Shown: piece by piece, positions 1 through 9,448 of the stretch
Layout: each line of letters begins with the position of its first letter
Position numbering within the stretch: position 1 is the stretch's first letter
Assembly (NCBI GenBank): GCA_964608495.1
Contig: CAZSOQ010000001.1
Location: 8,376-72,375 of the forward strand
DNA from: an uncultured Armatimonadia bacterium
GTDB lineage: Bacteria; Armatimonadota; Zipacnadia; Zipacnadales; FEN-943
DNA: 64,000 bases
Direction: 5' to 3'
The notes under the pieces: model-generated
Databases searched by the model: none
Told to the model about the DNA's origin: nothing
The model's input: the letters and a program-made list of their open reading frames with translations, nothing else
Made by a program: the position numbers and the translations under genes

Positions 1-66
1 GGGGCCTTGGGCCAGGACCGAGGCAATGCTACCAGAAGGTGCGGCGCGCACGCCAGAGACCCTTGC

Positions 67-82
67 GGGACCGGGCGGTCCC
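67..82. promoter_or_regulatory. Palindrome GGGACCG-GG-CGGTCCC about 135 bp upstream of the FAD oxidoreductase gene; candidate operator
   Basis: Perfect 7-2-7 inverted repeat. A 2-nt spacer makes an RNA hairpin unlikely, so a protein-binding site is more plausible. Confidence 0.25.
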
Positions 83-214
83 TTGGTACAGTCGCCTGGC
101 AAGGGCCCGGGGCCGCACCCGCGGTCTGGTGGCTCCCGGGCACAGGGGCACGGACGGGCAGCGGGACGCCCGACCCGAGGCCGCGCCCGCCGAAGGGCAA
201 GGAGTGAGCGACCC

Positions 215-2092
215 ATGCGGGACCTGCGAGCCATCCGTCTCACCATCGCGCTGCTGTTCTGCGCGGGGCTGGCGGCGGTGGCCCACGCCGAGGGGCTGGC
301 GCTGCCGGACGTCCTCGCGGCCGGCCTGAAGCCCGCCTACGAGTGTGATGTGTGCGTGCTCGGTGGGGGGCCATCGGGCACAGCCGCGGCCGTCGCCGCG
401 GCCCGCAACGGCGCCAAGACCCTCCTGATCGAGCAGTACGGCTACCTGGGCGGCATGGGCGCCGCCGGGAGCGTCAACGTCTTCATGACCTACCAGCACG
501 CCGGCGGAATCCTGCGCGAGGTCCTGGCGCGCCTGGACGACATCGAGGGACGTCGCGGGAGCTGCTTCGATGTGTCGAAGTACCAGGTCGTGCTGGACGA
601 GATGGTGGGCGAGGCGGGGGTGAAGGTGCTGCTCTATACGCGGGGGATCGCGGCGCTGACGGCCCCGGGCAGGCCCTGGCGGGGCCAGCCGCGCAGCACG
701 ATCACGGGATTGCTCATCCACAACAAGTCCGGGATTCAGCTCGTGAGGGCGCGCGTATTCGTGGACTGCACGGGCGACGGGGACCTGGCGGCCTGGGCGG
801 GCGCGCCGGTGCAGGTCGGACGCCAGGAGGACGGCCTGACCCAGCCGATGACCATGATCTTCCGCATGGGCGGCTGCACCTACAAGGGCGGCGCCCTCAG
901 CAGCTACCCCGAGCTGAAGGACTACTGGGCCAGCTATGCCTGGAACCCCAACCCCGGCGAGATCACCCTCAACATGACCCGCATCCTCAACCGCAGCGGC
1001 ATCAGCGGCGAGGACATGACCCTGGCGACGATCGAGGGACGGCGTGAGGTCATGAAGGCCGTCGAGCTTCTGCGCAAGCACGTGCCGGGCTTCGAGAGCG
1101 CCTACCTGGTGGCCCTGCCGGCCCAGATCGGTGTGCGCGAGACCAGGCACGTCCTCGGCGCGACGGTCCTCACGGGCGACCAGTGCCTCAAGGGCATGGG
1201 ACGCGGCGACGTGATCGCCCGCTGCCAGTACGACATTGACATCCACAACCCGACGGGCACCGGCGCGCGGATCGCCCGCCTGACCCAGCCCTACGAGATC
1301 CCCTACCGGTCGCTCATACCCCGCGGCGTGGACAATCTGCTGGTGGCGGGGCGGGCGATCTCGGCCGACCACGTCGCGCACAGCTCGCTGCGGATTCAGC
1401 CTACGTGCTACGCGATCGGGCAGGCGGCCGGGACGGCGGCGGCGCTAGGCGTGGCGTGGGGCGCCGGGCCGTGGGAGATGGCGCCCCATCTGCGCGAGCT
1501 GCAGGCGACGCTGATCGAGCAGGGCGCCGACCTGGGGCGCGTGGGCGCGGAGCGCGTCGGGCTGGTGGGCGAGTGGGAGCAATGGCAGATACGCTACCAG
1601 CGGCGCCGTTCGGGAGCGCCGGCCGGGGGCTTCACGGACATACCCAAGGGCGACCCCGCCTACGAGGCGGCCATGGGGCTGGCCGCGCTCGGCGTGTTCA
1701 GTGGGTACTCCGACGGGAGCTTCGGCGCGAAAGACCCCGCCACGCTGGCGGTGGGGCTCGTCGTCATCGAGCGCACGCTGGAGGCCCACGAGCCGCCGGA
1801 CCGGTCCCCGAAGGCGGCGGCGATCCCGGACGGGCTGAAGGGGCAGTGGTGGTCGGCCCCGATCGGGATGCTGGTGACGCGCGGTGTGATCCAGGCCGAG
1901 GAGCTGGACGCGCTGGCTCCGGACGCGCCGCTGACCGCCGGCGCCCTGAAGCGGTGGCTGCCGCTGGCCTTCCCGAAGAGCGGCGCCGACGGCCTCGCGC
2001 CCCTCGCGTCCCTGCTCGACGACCGGCCGCTCAGCCGCGCGGAGCTGGCGATTCACCTGTGGCAGGCCGCGAAGGGGTCAGGCACCCGGTAG
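215..2092 (+). CDS. FAD-dependent oxidoreductase (GG.GPSG dinucleotide-binding motif) with a signal peptide and C-terminal SLH-like cell-surface anchoring repeats
   Basis: ATG at 215 follows AAGGAG. The N-terminus MRDLRAIRLTIALLFCAGLAAVAHA is a signal peptide. CDVCVLGGGPSGTAAAVAAARNGAKTLLIEQ is a Rossmann FAD-binding motif. The C-terminal FTDIPKGDPAYEAAMGLAALGVFSGYSDGSFGAKDPAT fits the SLH consensus. Confidence 0.7.
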   Translation: MRDLRAIRLTIALLFCAGLAAVAHAEGLALPDVLAAGLKPAYECDVCVLGGGPSGTAAAVAAARNGAKTLLIEQYGYLGGMGAAGSVNVFMTYQHAGGILREVLARLDDIEGRRGSCFDVSKYQVVLDEMVGEAGVKVLLYTRGIAALTAPGRPWRGQPRSTITGLLIHNKSGIQLVRARVFVDCTGDGDLAAWAGAPVQVGRQEDGLTQPMTMIFRMGGCTYKGGALSSYPELKDYWASYAWNPNPGEITLNMTRILNRSGISGEDMTLATIEGRREVMKAVELLRKHVPGFESAYLVALPAQIGVRETRHVLGATVLTGDQCLKGMGRGDVIARCQYDIDIHNPTGTGARIARLTQPYEIPYRSLIPRGVDNLLVAGRAISADHVAHSSLRIQPTCYAIGQAAGTAAALGVAWGAGPWEMAPHLRELQATLIEQGADLGRVGAERVGLVGEWEQWQIRYQRRRSGAPAGGFTDIPKGDPAYEAAMGLAALGVFSGYSDGSFGAKDPATLAVGLVVIERTLEAHEPPDRSPKAAAIPDGLKGQWWSAPIGMLVTRGVIQAEELDALAPDAPLTAGALKRWLPLAFPKSGADGLAPLASLLDDRPLSRAELAIHLWQAAKGSGTR

Positions 2093-2222
2093 CGAGGGCA
2101 CGGGCTTTGCCCGACCCGCGACTACAACGGGAGTGGATGTAGTCTCAGGTCGCGGTGGGAGCCGCGGAGCGGCCCCCGCCACGCGCCTGCGGTGGTGGTG
2201 GCGTGGTGGTCTGCTTTGCTCC

Positions 2223-3536
2223 TCAGCTCGGCGGCTCCAGGTACGTCGTCCCCGGGCACTCGGGGCTGAGGGCCAGCTTGCCGCCCGGCAGGACCACCGA
2301 GCTGCACCCGCACCGGTACGCCCTGGGGTCCTGGCCCAGCGCCTCCGCCAGCTCATCCCACATCTCCCGCGACTCCGTGCTGATGTACAGGAACACCTCG
2401 TCGTTCCACCGCCGCACCTGCTCGATCAGGAAGCTGTAGATCTCCTTGCGCACGTGGTGCGGGAAGGGCGCGCACACGTTCCCCTTCATCTCCTCCGCGG
2501 CGTCGCGGGCGGCCTGCACGTACTCGGGGTCGAGCAGGTCCAGGTCAATCTTGGCCCCCAGCGTATCCAGGTCCATCCACATGATCACACAGAAGCCGAT
2601 GGACTCGGGCCTGGTGAGCGTGCACATCCGCTCGATGATGGCGGCGTACTCCTCGCGCCAGCCGCGGACCGGGATCGTCGGCTTGAACTTGAACCGCACC
2701 GACAGGCCCATCTCCTGGCACTTGCGGGCGGCCTCGACGCGGTCGAGCGCGCTGCCGGCGCCCTGCTCCAGGTCACGCGCGACGGCCTCGCAGGTCACGC
2801 TCCACACGCCGATCAGGCGGTCGCGATGGGGCAGGTCCGCGATCCAGTCCACGTTGGCGCTGGCGCTGTGGAAGTACCCGTACCGCCCCTCGTACTCCGC
2901 CAGCTTGGTCGTATACAGGTCAATGCAGCCGTACTCGGGCTCGAAGGCGATGTGGTCGGCGCCCCAGCCGATCATGCGGAAGCACTTCTGCCAGGACTGG
3001 GCCTCGACCGTCGGCCCGACCGCCTGCTCCATGAAGTCCTCAAGGTTGACGCCGATGGCGATGAACTTGCCCGATTTCCCCTCGCCGCAGTATTGGCAGC
3101 CGTGCGGGCAGCCGTTCATGGTGCCGAAGTCTGTGGTGGGCCAGCACACCCGGTTCTCGGCCCAGTCGTTCTGGCGCTCGTGGTAGCGGCGCGTGGGCTC
3201 GATGTGGCCCAGGACCTGCCGGACGTGCCCCGCCGCCGTGCCCTCGGGGCATCGCTCGAGGATCGGGCCGATGTCGGGCCACTCGCCGCTGAGCTCCTGG
3301 ACGGTGAACACCAGCGGCCGAGTGAACGACACGGGCACGCCCTCCGGCACCTCGGCCGGCGGCCACAGGTGCACCAGCTCCCCGATCAGCTCGGGCAGAT
3401 TCTCTTCCGTGATCACCGTCACATCCTCAACCCGGCGGCCGAGGGCGCCGAGCATTCGCTCCACGCGCGCCAGGCACCGGGCATCGTCCTGCACGCGGTC
3501 GAGCATGTAGGTCTTGAGCGGCTGAAGGTTATACAC
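2223..3536 (-). CDS. Radical SAM protein of the spore-photoproduct-lyase / DNA repair photolyase family (COG1533-like)
   Basis: Contains the CPHGCQYC CX3CX2C radical-SAM cysteine triad. A GTG start is placed 7 nt after GGAGG; an ATG at 3506 is the alternative. Codon usage is consistent on this strand. Confidence 0.55.
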   Translation of the reverse strand: MYNLQPLKTYMLDRVQDDARCLARVERMLGALGRRVEDVTVITEENLPELIGELVHLWPPAEVPEGVPVSFTRPLVFTVQELSGEWPDIGPILERCPEGTAAGHVRQVLGHIEPTRRYHERQNDWAENRVCWPTTDFGTMNGCPHGCQYCGEGKSGKFIAIGVNLEDFMEQAVGPTVEAQSWQKCFRMIGWGADHIAFEPEYGCIDLYTTKLAEYEGRYGYFHSASANVDWIADLPHRDRLIGVWSVTCEAVARDLEQGAGSALDRVEAARKCQEMGLSVRFKFKPTIPVRGWREEYAAIIERMCTLTRPESIGFCVIMWMDLDTLGAKIDLDLLDPEYVQAARDAAEEMKGNVCAPFPHHVRKEIYSFLIEQVRRWNDEVFLYISTESREMWDELAEALGQDPRAYRCGCSSVVLPGGKLALSPECPGTTYLEPPS

Positions 3537-3765
3537 GTCCGGACCTCCCTTGGGGCTTGGGCCGGGGGCCCTTCGCCGATGGGCGGCAACCTCCTGCCCC
3601 AGGCCGGCCCCCATGGCGGGGTGGCGCTGGGTGGGCCGGCCTGCGGCGCTGCGCCGCCCGGCGTCGCGCGTGAGGGCGCCGGCAGGTCCCCGGGGGGCCG
3701 CGGGCGAAGCGTGGGCCGGGCGGGCAGCCCTGCCCGCACCGCCGGGTCTGCAGGAGGGGCAGCGC

Positions 3766-6700
3766 ATGGCGAAGCGTGCCGGCTGGCGAGCGGGTGTACT
3801 GGGTCTGATGCTTGGGATGGCGGCGGCGGCCTGGTGCCAGGATGGGCCCAGGATGCTCTTCTACGCGGCCTTCGACGGCCAGACGAGGGCCTTCACCTCG
3901 ACGGGCCCGACCAGCGCCGTCGTGGCGGCGTCCGACGTCCTCCTGACCGGCCTCTTCGGCGAGCGCTTCGCCGAGGGCGTGGTCGGGCAGGGGTTCCTCG
4001 CGGACTCAGGAGGGCTCGCCTACCCCACGCAGGACGCCTTCGTGCCGGAGCGCGGCACGGTGAGCCTGTGGATCCGGCCCGCCTACGACGGCACCGCCGA
4101 GGACGTCTACTCGACGATGTTCGGCGCGGCCAACTGGGGGCTGCTCTACAAATACACAACGCAGACCTTCATCACCTTCGGGGTCATCAAGGACGACGGC
4201 CAGTACGACTACGGCTGCACGGCCAGCATCGCCCACTGGAAGAAGGGTGAGTGGCACCACGTGGCCGCCACGTGGGACAAGCCCGGGGGCTCGCGCGCCA
4301 TCTACCTGGACGGCCGCCGAGCCGCCGAGGGCAAGATACCGTCCTACCGGCCTTGCGACACCCGCATGGTCATCGGCGCGAACCCCGGCAACGCCTACCC
4401 GGCCACGGGTGTCCTCGACGAGGTGTGGATCTGGGACCGCCCGCTCGACGACGACGAGATAGCCGCGGCCTACGAGCGCACGCGGCAGGGCGAGCCGAGC
4501 TGGGAGCCGCCGGCGGAGTCCCTGCGCGTGCCGGGAGCGCCCCAGCCGCCGAGCGGCGACGCGCCGCCCCTGCCGGAGGGCGTGGACTGGGCGATCTACG
4601 AGCCCGGCGTGGTGCGCACGGCCACGCGCGTGCGCCTGCCGCTGAGCGGCTACTGGCGGTTCCAGGCGATGCGCAACCCGGACGGCGGCGTGACCCGCGA
4701 GGAGATGGGTTTGCTGCGTGTGCCGGGGACGTGGGCCACACAGGCGGGCGATTGGGCCACGGTCTACGGCCCGGACCTGCGGCCCAGGCCCAGGCTGGCC
4801 GACGGCACCCCGGTGCGGACGTGCGTGTACGGCTGGTACGAGCGGGAGTTCGAGGCGCCACGCGAGCTGGCCGGCAAGCGCGTGCTGCTGAGCCTGGATT
4901 CGGTGCGCGCGATCGCCGAGGTGTGGCTGAACGGGGAGCAGGTGGGCCGGGCGCTCGAGTACGAGGGCGCGTGCTTCGACGTGACGGAGGACGTGCGGGT
5001 TGGTGAGCGCAACACGGTGGCTGTGCTGGTCACGTCGCTCAAGATTGACGGGGACGCCAAGGGCCTCGACCAGGACGTGTGGCTCGAGGGCGTTCCGATG
5101 GGGATGCGCTTGGGCCGCGTGGGCCTCGTCCCGTCGGCGTCGCGGGGCAAGCTTGGCGTGAGGGCCGAGCTTGAGGGGGGCGGCCCGGTCGAGGGGCTGC
5201 GGCTCGTGGCCGACTGCACGGGCTCGGGCGGCACGGCGAAGCGCCTCACCATGCCCCTGCGGGCCGCGGCGGCGGCCCCGGGCAGCGTTGCGGCGGGCGC
5301 GACGCTGGCCGTCGGCGAGACGGCCTGGGCCGACGCGCACCCCTGGTCGCCCGACGATCCCTTCCTCTACACGGGCCGGGTGGCGCTGGAGGACGCGGCC
5401 GGCAAGCTGCTGGACGAGCTGCCGCCCTTCCGCTTCGGGTTCAGGGACTTCGAGATCCGCGGCGGCGATCTGTACCTCAACGGCAAGAAGACGCATCTGC
5501 ATGGCCAGGCCTCGCCGCCCTTTTCCTATGCCGCATACAACACCGACCCCGAGTTCATCCGCCAATGGTTCGCGGACCTCAGGCGCGCCGGCGGCAACAC
5601 CGTGCGCGACTACAGCTACGGCCTGCAGACGGGCGAGCGGTTCTGGGCCAAGGACAATGTCTTCGGCGCGGCCGATGAGATGGGCGTCATGTTCCTGGCC
5701 CATCTGCCGGACCTGCGCAACGTCCTGCCGGGTTGGGCCCGCGAGGCCGTGCGCGAGGGCTACGGGCGCCGGATCGCCAGCTACGTGTGGCGATACTGGA
5801 ACCACCCCTGCGTCATCATGTGGCAGCAGGACTTCAACCTGGCAGCCTACACGGGCGACATCGCGCCCTTCATGCTCGACACGGACTACTTCCCGGCCGA
5901 AGCGAGCTACGCCGAGCGCAAGCGGACTGCCGGCGAGGCCGAGGCGATGCTGCGGGACCTGGACCCCTCGCGGCCGGTGCTGCATCACGCCTCGGGGACG
6001 CTCGGCTCGATGTACACGACGATGACCTACCTGGGCTTCGGCATCCCCCTGCAGGAGCGTGAGGAGTGGCCGCTGTTGTGGAGCCGGCGGAAGCAGAAGC
6101 CGCTGATGATCATGGAGACCGGGTTTCCGTGCATCCTGTCCTACTACAAGACGCGCGCATGGGGTAAGACGCTGGCGGAGGTCTACGGCTCCGAGCCGCT
6201 GGTGGCCGAGTACACGGCGATGTACCTGGGCGAGCGGGCCTACGAGCTCGAGGGCGACGCCGCGATGGAGTACTACGACCCGGCCAACTACAATCGCCGG
6301 ACGGACCAGCTACGCCTGGGGCCGGCGTACCAGGCCCAGAAGGAGCTGTGGGCGACGAGCTGCCTGCGAAGCTGGCGGACCTACGACCTGTCGGGCATCT
6401 TCCTGCACGTCGAGATCCGTGAGGGCTACAGGCAGGAGCCCGAGCAGGTCGGAGACAGGCCCCTCGATGCCCGGGCGCCGTACATGTACGTGGAGAAGCT
6501 GCCAGCCGAGGTCCTTCGCCCGTGGGAGACCTTCCCGATGCTGGCCGCGCTGCAGCGGGCGAACTGGCCGGTGATTGGGTACATCGGCGGGCCCGGCGAC
6601 CGCTGGGTCACCAAGGACCACGCCTTCTATGCGGGCGAGACCGTGCGCAAGTCCGCGGTGTTCATCAGCGACCGCCAGTCGCCGGTGCGCGTGAGGGGAA

Positions 6701-8130
6701 GGTGGTGGGCCGAGACGCGCGGCTCGGCGGAGCCCCTGGCGGAGGGAAGGCTGGACCTCACGGTGCAGCCGGGAGAGACGGTCTTCGCCGAGATCGCCTT
6801 CGGGGCGCCGCGCGTGTCGCAGCGCGCCACGGGGCGGATCGTGCTGAGGGCCAGAGCCTCCGACGACACGCGCATCGAGGACGAGTTCGCCTTCGAGACC
6901 TTCCCGCGCGCCCGGCGCATCGCGGCCGGACCCGCCTGCGTTCTGGTGCCCGGCGACGGGACTGCCGCGCGCCTGCTCGCTGTGGCCGGCGTGGACTTCA
7001 GCGTGTGGGACGGCCGAGGCCCGGTGCCGGAGGCGAAGCTGCTCGTGATCGGGCGGCGCGCCGGGGTCTGGAGCCGCAAGATCGAGGACGCGGTGCGCCG
7101 GGGGATGCGGGTCCTGTGCTTCGAGCAGGAGCGCGAGGCCCTGGGGCGCCTGCGGCTCGACGACGCGTGGGCCAGGCACTGCTTCGTGAGCGCGCCGGAG
7201 CATCCCCTGCTCGCGGGCCTCGATGATAGGGACTTCGCGAGCTGGCGCGGCGACAGCAGCCTCACCGAGGCCTACCCGAACCCGGGGCTGGGCGATCCGC
7301 CGAAATGGCCCGAGGAGTTCTGGCACTGGGGCAACACCAACTGCGTGACCACCTACCCCATCGAGAAGCCGCAACGGCCGGGCTTCACGCCGCTGCTGAG
7401 CTGCGAATTCGACCTGCTCTACTCGCCGCTGGTCGAGTGGCGCCTGGGCGAGGGGCGCGTGCTCTTCTGCCAGCTCGACGTGAGCGATCGGTACGGCGTG
7501 GACCCGGTGGCGACGCTGCTGGTGGAACGGATGCTCGACCTTTACGGCCCGGAGGCGCAGGCGGCTCTGGCCAGCTCCGTTGCCGTGGTCGGGGCAGAGG
7601 CGCCGGCGATGGCCCAGGCGCTCGGCATCGAGGCGCGGACCTTCCAGGCGCCGCCGCCGGCCGAGGAGCTTACGCGGATCACGAACGCCGGAGGCGTGGC
7701 CCTTCTTCTCCACGATGTGGACCCGCAGGCGGCCTACGGCTGGGGCGCGGCCCTGGAGGCGGCGCGGCTGGCGAAGACCGACCTGAGCGCCGCGGACCGG
7801 GCGGCGGTGCCGGGGCTATCGGACTCCGACCTGTTCTGGAAGCGGTTCGTGGACCTGCGCGTCCTGGCGGCCGGGCAGGAGGGTCTCATGGCCCCGCGGA
7901 CGGGCGTGTTCGGGGTGCTGGCGCGGGGCGAGGGGAAGGTGCTCATCCTGCGCTTCGACCCGCTGGCCTTCGAGGACCCGCGGCAGCGGACCAAGGGCCT
8001 GCGCGTGGTGAGCCTGCTCCTCGGCGCGGCGGGCGTGCGGGCGCGGGTGTCACTGGTGGAGGACGCGGCGCCGGGGCCCTACGCCGAGGACGCCCTGGAC
8101 TTCAACCCGCATCTGTACCGGCGCTGGTAG
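3766..8130 (+). CDS. Large secreted glycoside hydrolase of family 2 (beta-galactosidase/mannosidase-like) with an N-terminal LamG/concanavalin-like domain
   Basis: ATG at 3766 follows GGAGGGG. Signal peptide MAKRAGWRAGVLGLMLGMAAAAWC. LamG-like block LWIRPAYDG...DEVWIWDRPLDDDEI. GH2 sugar-binding block YGWYEREFEAP...VLLSLDSVRAIAEVWLNGEQVG, followed by WSPDDPFLY and the TIM-barrel entry FEIRGGDLYLNGKKTHLHGQ. Confidence 0.75.
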   Translation: MAKRAGWRAGVLGLMLGMAAAAWCQDGPRMLFYAAFDGQTRAFTSTGPTSAVVAASDVLLTGLFGERFAEGVVGQGFLADSGGLAYPTQDAFVPERGTVSLWIRPAYDGTAEDVYSTMFGAANWGLLYKYTTQTFITFGVIKDDGQYDYGCTASIAHWKKGEWHHVAATWDKPGGSRAIYLDGRRAAEGKIPSYRPCDTRMVIGANPGNAYPATGVLDEVWIWDRPLDDDEIAAAYERTRQGEPSWEPPAESLRVPGAPQPPSGDAPPLPEGVDWAIYEPGVVRTATRVRLPLSGYWRFQAMRNPDGGVTREEMGLLRVPGTWATQAGDWATVYGPDLRPRPRLADGTPVRTCVYGWYEREFEAPRELAGKRVLLSLDSVRAIAEVWLNGEQVGRALEYEGACFDVTEDVRVGERNTVAVLVTSLKIDGDAKGLDQDVWLEGVPMGMRLGRVGLVPSASRGKLGVRAELEGGGPVEGLRLVADCTGSGGTAKRLTMPLRAAAAAPGSVAAGATLAVGETAWADAHPWSPDDPFLYTGRVALEDAAGKLLDELPPFRFGFRDFEIRGGDLYLNGKKTHLHGQASPPFSYAAYNTDPEFIRQWFADLRRAGGNTVRDYSYGLQTGERFWAKDNVFGAADEMGVMFLAHLPDLRNVLPGWAREAVREGYGRRIASYVWRYWNHPCVIMWQQDFNLAAYTGDIAPFMLDTDYFPAEASYAERKRTAGEAEAMLRDLDPSRPVLHHASGTLGSMYTTMTYLGFGIPLQEREEWPLLWSRRKQKPLMIMETGFPCILSYYKTRAWGKTLAEVYGSEPLVAEYTAMYLGERAYELEGDAAMEYYDPANYNRRTDQLRLGPAYQAQKELWATSCLRSWRTYDLSGIFLHVEIREGYRQEPEQVGDRPLDARAPYMYVEKLPAEVLRPWETFPMLAALQRANWPVIGYIGGPGDRWVTKDHAFYAGETVRKSAVFISDRQSPVRVRGRWWAETRGSAEPLAEGRLDLTVQPGETVFAEIAFGAPRVSQRATGRIVLRARASDDTRIEDEFAFETFPRARRIAAGPACVLVPGDGTAARLLAVAGVDFSVWDGRGPVPEAKLLVIGRRAGVWSRKIEDAVRRGMRVLCFEQEREALGRLRLDDAWARHCFVSAPEHPLLAGLDDRDFASWRGDSSLTEAYPNPGLGDPPKWPEEFWHWGNTNCVTTYPIEKPQRPGFTPLLSCEFDLLYSPLVEWRLGEGRVLFCQLDVSDRYGVDPVATLLVERMLDLYGPEAQAALASSVAVVGAEAPAMAQALGIEARTFQAPPPAEELTRITNAGGVALLLHDVDPQAAYGWGAALEAARLAKTDLSAADRAAVPGLSDSDLFWKRFVDLRVLAAGQEGLMAPRTGVFGVLARGEGKVLILRFDPLAFEDPRQRTKGLRVVSLLLGAAGVRARVSLVEDAAPGPYAEDALDFNPHLYRRW

Positions 8131-8177
8131 CGTGGCCCGGCGGCTGGACGCGGGCGCCCAGCGGCGGCCGCCGGCCC

Positions 8178-9173
8178 TTACGGATACGTGGCCACCTTGA
8201 CCGGCGCTCCGCCGCGGGCCGCCGACTCGACCACCGCGAAGCACGCCGCCATCGTGTTGAGGTTGTCGTGGCCGTCGGGCGCCGGGGTCTCGTCCCTCTG
8301 CACGGCCCTGACGAAGGCGGCCACCTCGCCGTCAATGGACGCCGGCAGGTCGGGCACCGGCAGCGGCTCGTAGGCCCACTCGCTCTTGGGCTTGCTCGCC
8401 GTGCGGCAGACTTGACCGCTGAGCACGGTGCCCGCCGTCCCGTAGGCCGACAGGGTCGTGCGCCCAGGGCACTTGCACCCGCTGGACACGAGCGCGCGTC
8501 CCAGGGCGCCCGACTCGAAGACCAGTTGGGCGACGATGCAGTCGTCCGTGGGCTGGTCCTCGAAGGCCAGATGGTTGGCGTAGGCGCTGACCTCGACGAT
8601 GGTGCCCCCGACGAAGCGCGTCAGGTCCAGCGCGTGGCAGCCGCCCAGGAAGGGATGCCGGACCGCCGGATCGTTGCGCCAGTTGCCGGCGCCGCCCACG
8701 CCCTCCAGGTTGTTCCAGTACTCGGACTCGACGAAGAACAGCTCGCCCAGGTCCCCGGCGTCGAGGGCTTGCCTGACGGCCACGTACTGGGCGGCGTACC
8801 GGCAGCTCTGCCCGATCATGAGCTTGAGGCCCAGGCGATCGGCCGTCTCCACCATGCGCAGGCACTCCTCCCACGTGGGGGCCATGGGCTTCTCGCACAG
8901 CACGTGCCTGCCGGCTTCGAGCGCGGCGATGGTCAGAGGCGCGTGGAAATGGTCGGGCGTGACCACGTTGATCACGTCCAGATCGTCGCGCTGGATCAGC
9001 TCCTCGGCGCTGGTGGTGACGAAGCGGGCCCCGGTCTCAGCCGCCAGCCGGTGAAGGGCCTCCTCGTTGGTGTCACAAAGGGCCACCAGTTCGGCGTCCG
9101 GATTGTTGGCGTAGGCGCGGGCGTGGGCTGCTCCCATGCGCAGGCCGATAACGCCGGCTCTCAGCTTGGTCAT
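8178..9173 (-). CDS. Gfo/Idh/MocA family NAD(P)-dependent oxidoreductase
   Basis: MTKLRAGVIGLRMGAAHARAY Rossmann N-terminus; EKPMA motif; AAGGAGG RBS before the ATG at 9173. Confidence 0.8.
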   Translation of the reverse strand: MTKLRAGVIGLRMGAAHARAYANNPDAELVALCDTNEEALHRLAAETGARFVTTSAEELIQRDDLDVINVVTPDHFHAPLTIAALEAGRHVLCEKPMAPTWEECLRMVETADRLGLKLMIGQSCRYAAQYVAVRQALDAGDLGELFFVESEYWNNLEGVGGAGNWRNDPAVRHPFLGGCHALDLTRFVGGTIVEVSAYANHLAFEDQPTDDCIVAQLVFESGALGRALVSSGCKCPGRTTLSAYGTAGTVLSGQVCRTASKPKSEWAYEPLPVPDLPASIDGEVAAFVRAVQRDETPAPDGHDNLNTMAACFAVVESAARGGAPVKVATYP

Positions 9174-9448
9174 GGCGGGCCTCCTTACTGCTGACGGTCG
9201 GTGCCCCCGCGCCCAGGGACGGAGCGCGGGCGGGCCGATCGGCATGGCAATCCGTGGGCGGCGTAAGGGCCGACCCACGGGAGCGGCGCCTTCGCGGCGC
9301 GAGCGCGATGTCCTCCCGGCGCTTCGGCCTCGTGCTCCGGGGGAGGTCGCGGCGCCCCGGCGACAGAAGGACCGGGGGCCGCCGTCATGAACCCTCGCCC
9401 TCGTCCCGCACGCGCGGGAACCACCCCTGCCGGCGGAGGCGCCAGCCC

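Noticed and set aside
2133-4250. 705-aa plus-strand ORF spanning the radical-SAM gene and the start of the GH2 gene
   Set aside because: Low-complexity R/G/L-rich translation that crosses two well-supported genes. The GH2 signal peptide and RBS at 3766 define the real start.
4006-5988. 660-aa ORF antisense to the GH2 gene; similar long antisense ORFs occur at 6310-7713, 9185-10933, 12475-14631, 15686-17434, 17483-19351, 20666-23428, 31383-32765, 39762-41552, 44134-45708, 45736-47700, 48497-50809, 53470-55596, 58338-60884 and 61207-62169
   Set aside because: In about 70% GC DNA, stop codons are rare on every frame. These ORFs are Arg/Pro/Gly-rich low-complexity translations with no recognisable domains, whereas the opposite strand carries clear conserved-family signatures.
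8178-9173. Considered calling the Gfo/Idh/MocA protein a GH109-type NAD-dependent glycosidase, given the CAZyme context
   Set aside because: No signal or TAT peptide, and no GH109-specific features visible by eye. A cytoplasmic sugar dehydrogenase is the safer call.
7305-9194. 629-aa plus-strand ORF overlapping the GH2 3' end and the Gfo/Idh/MocA gene
   Set aside because: The minus strand encodes an unmistakable Rossmann-fold oxidoreductase. The plus-frame product is Gly/Arg-rich junk.
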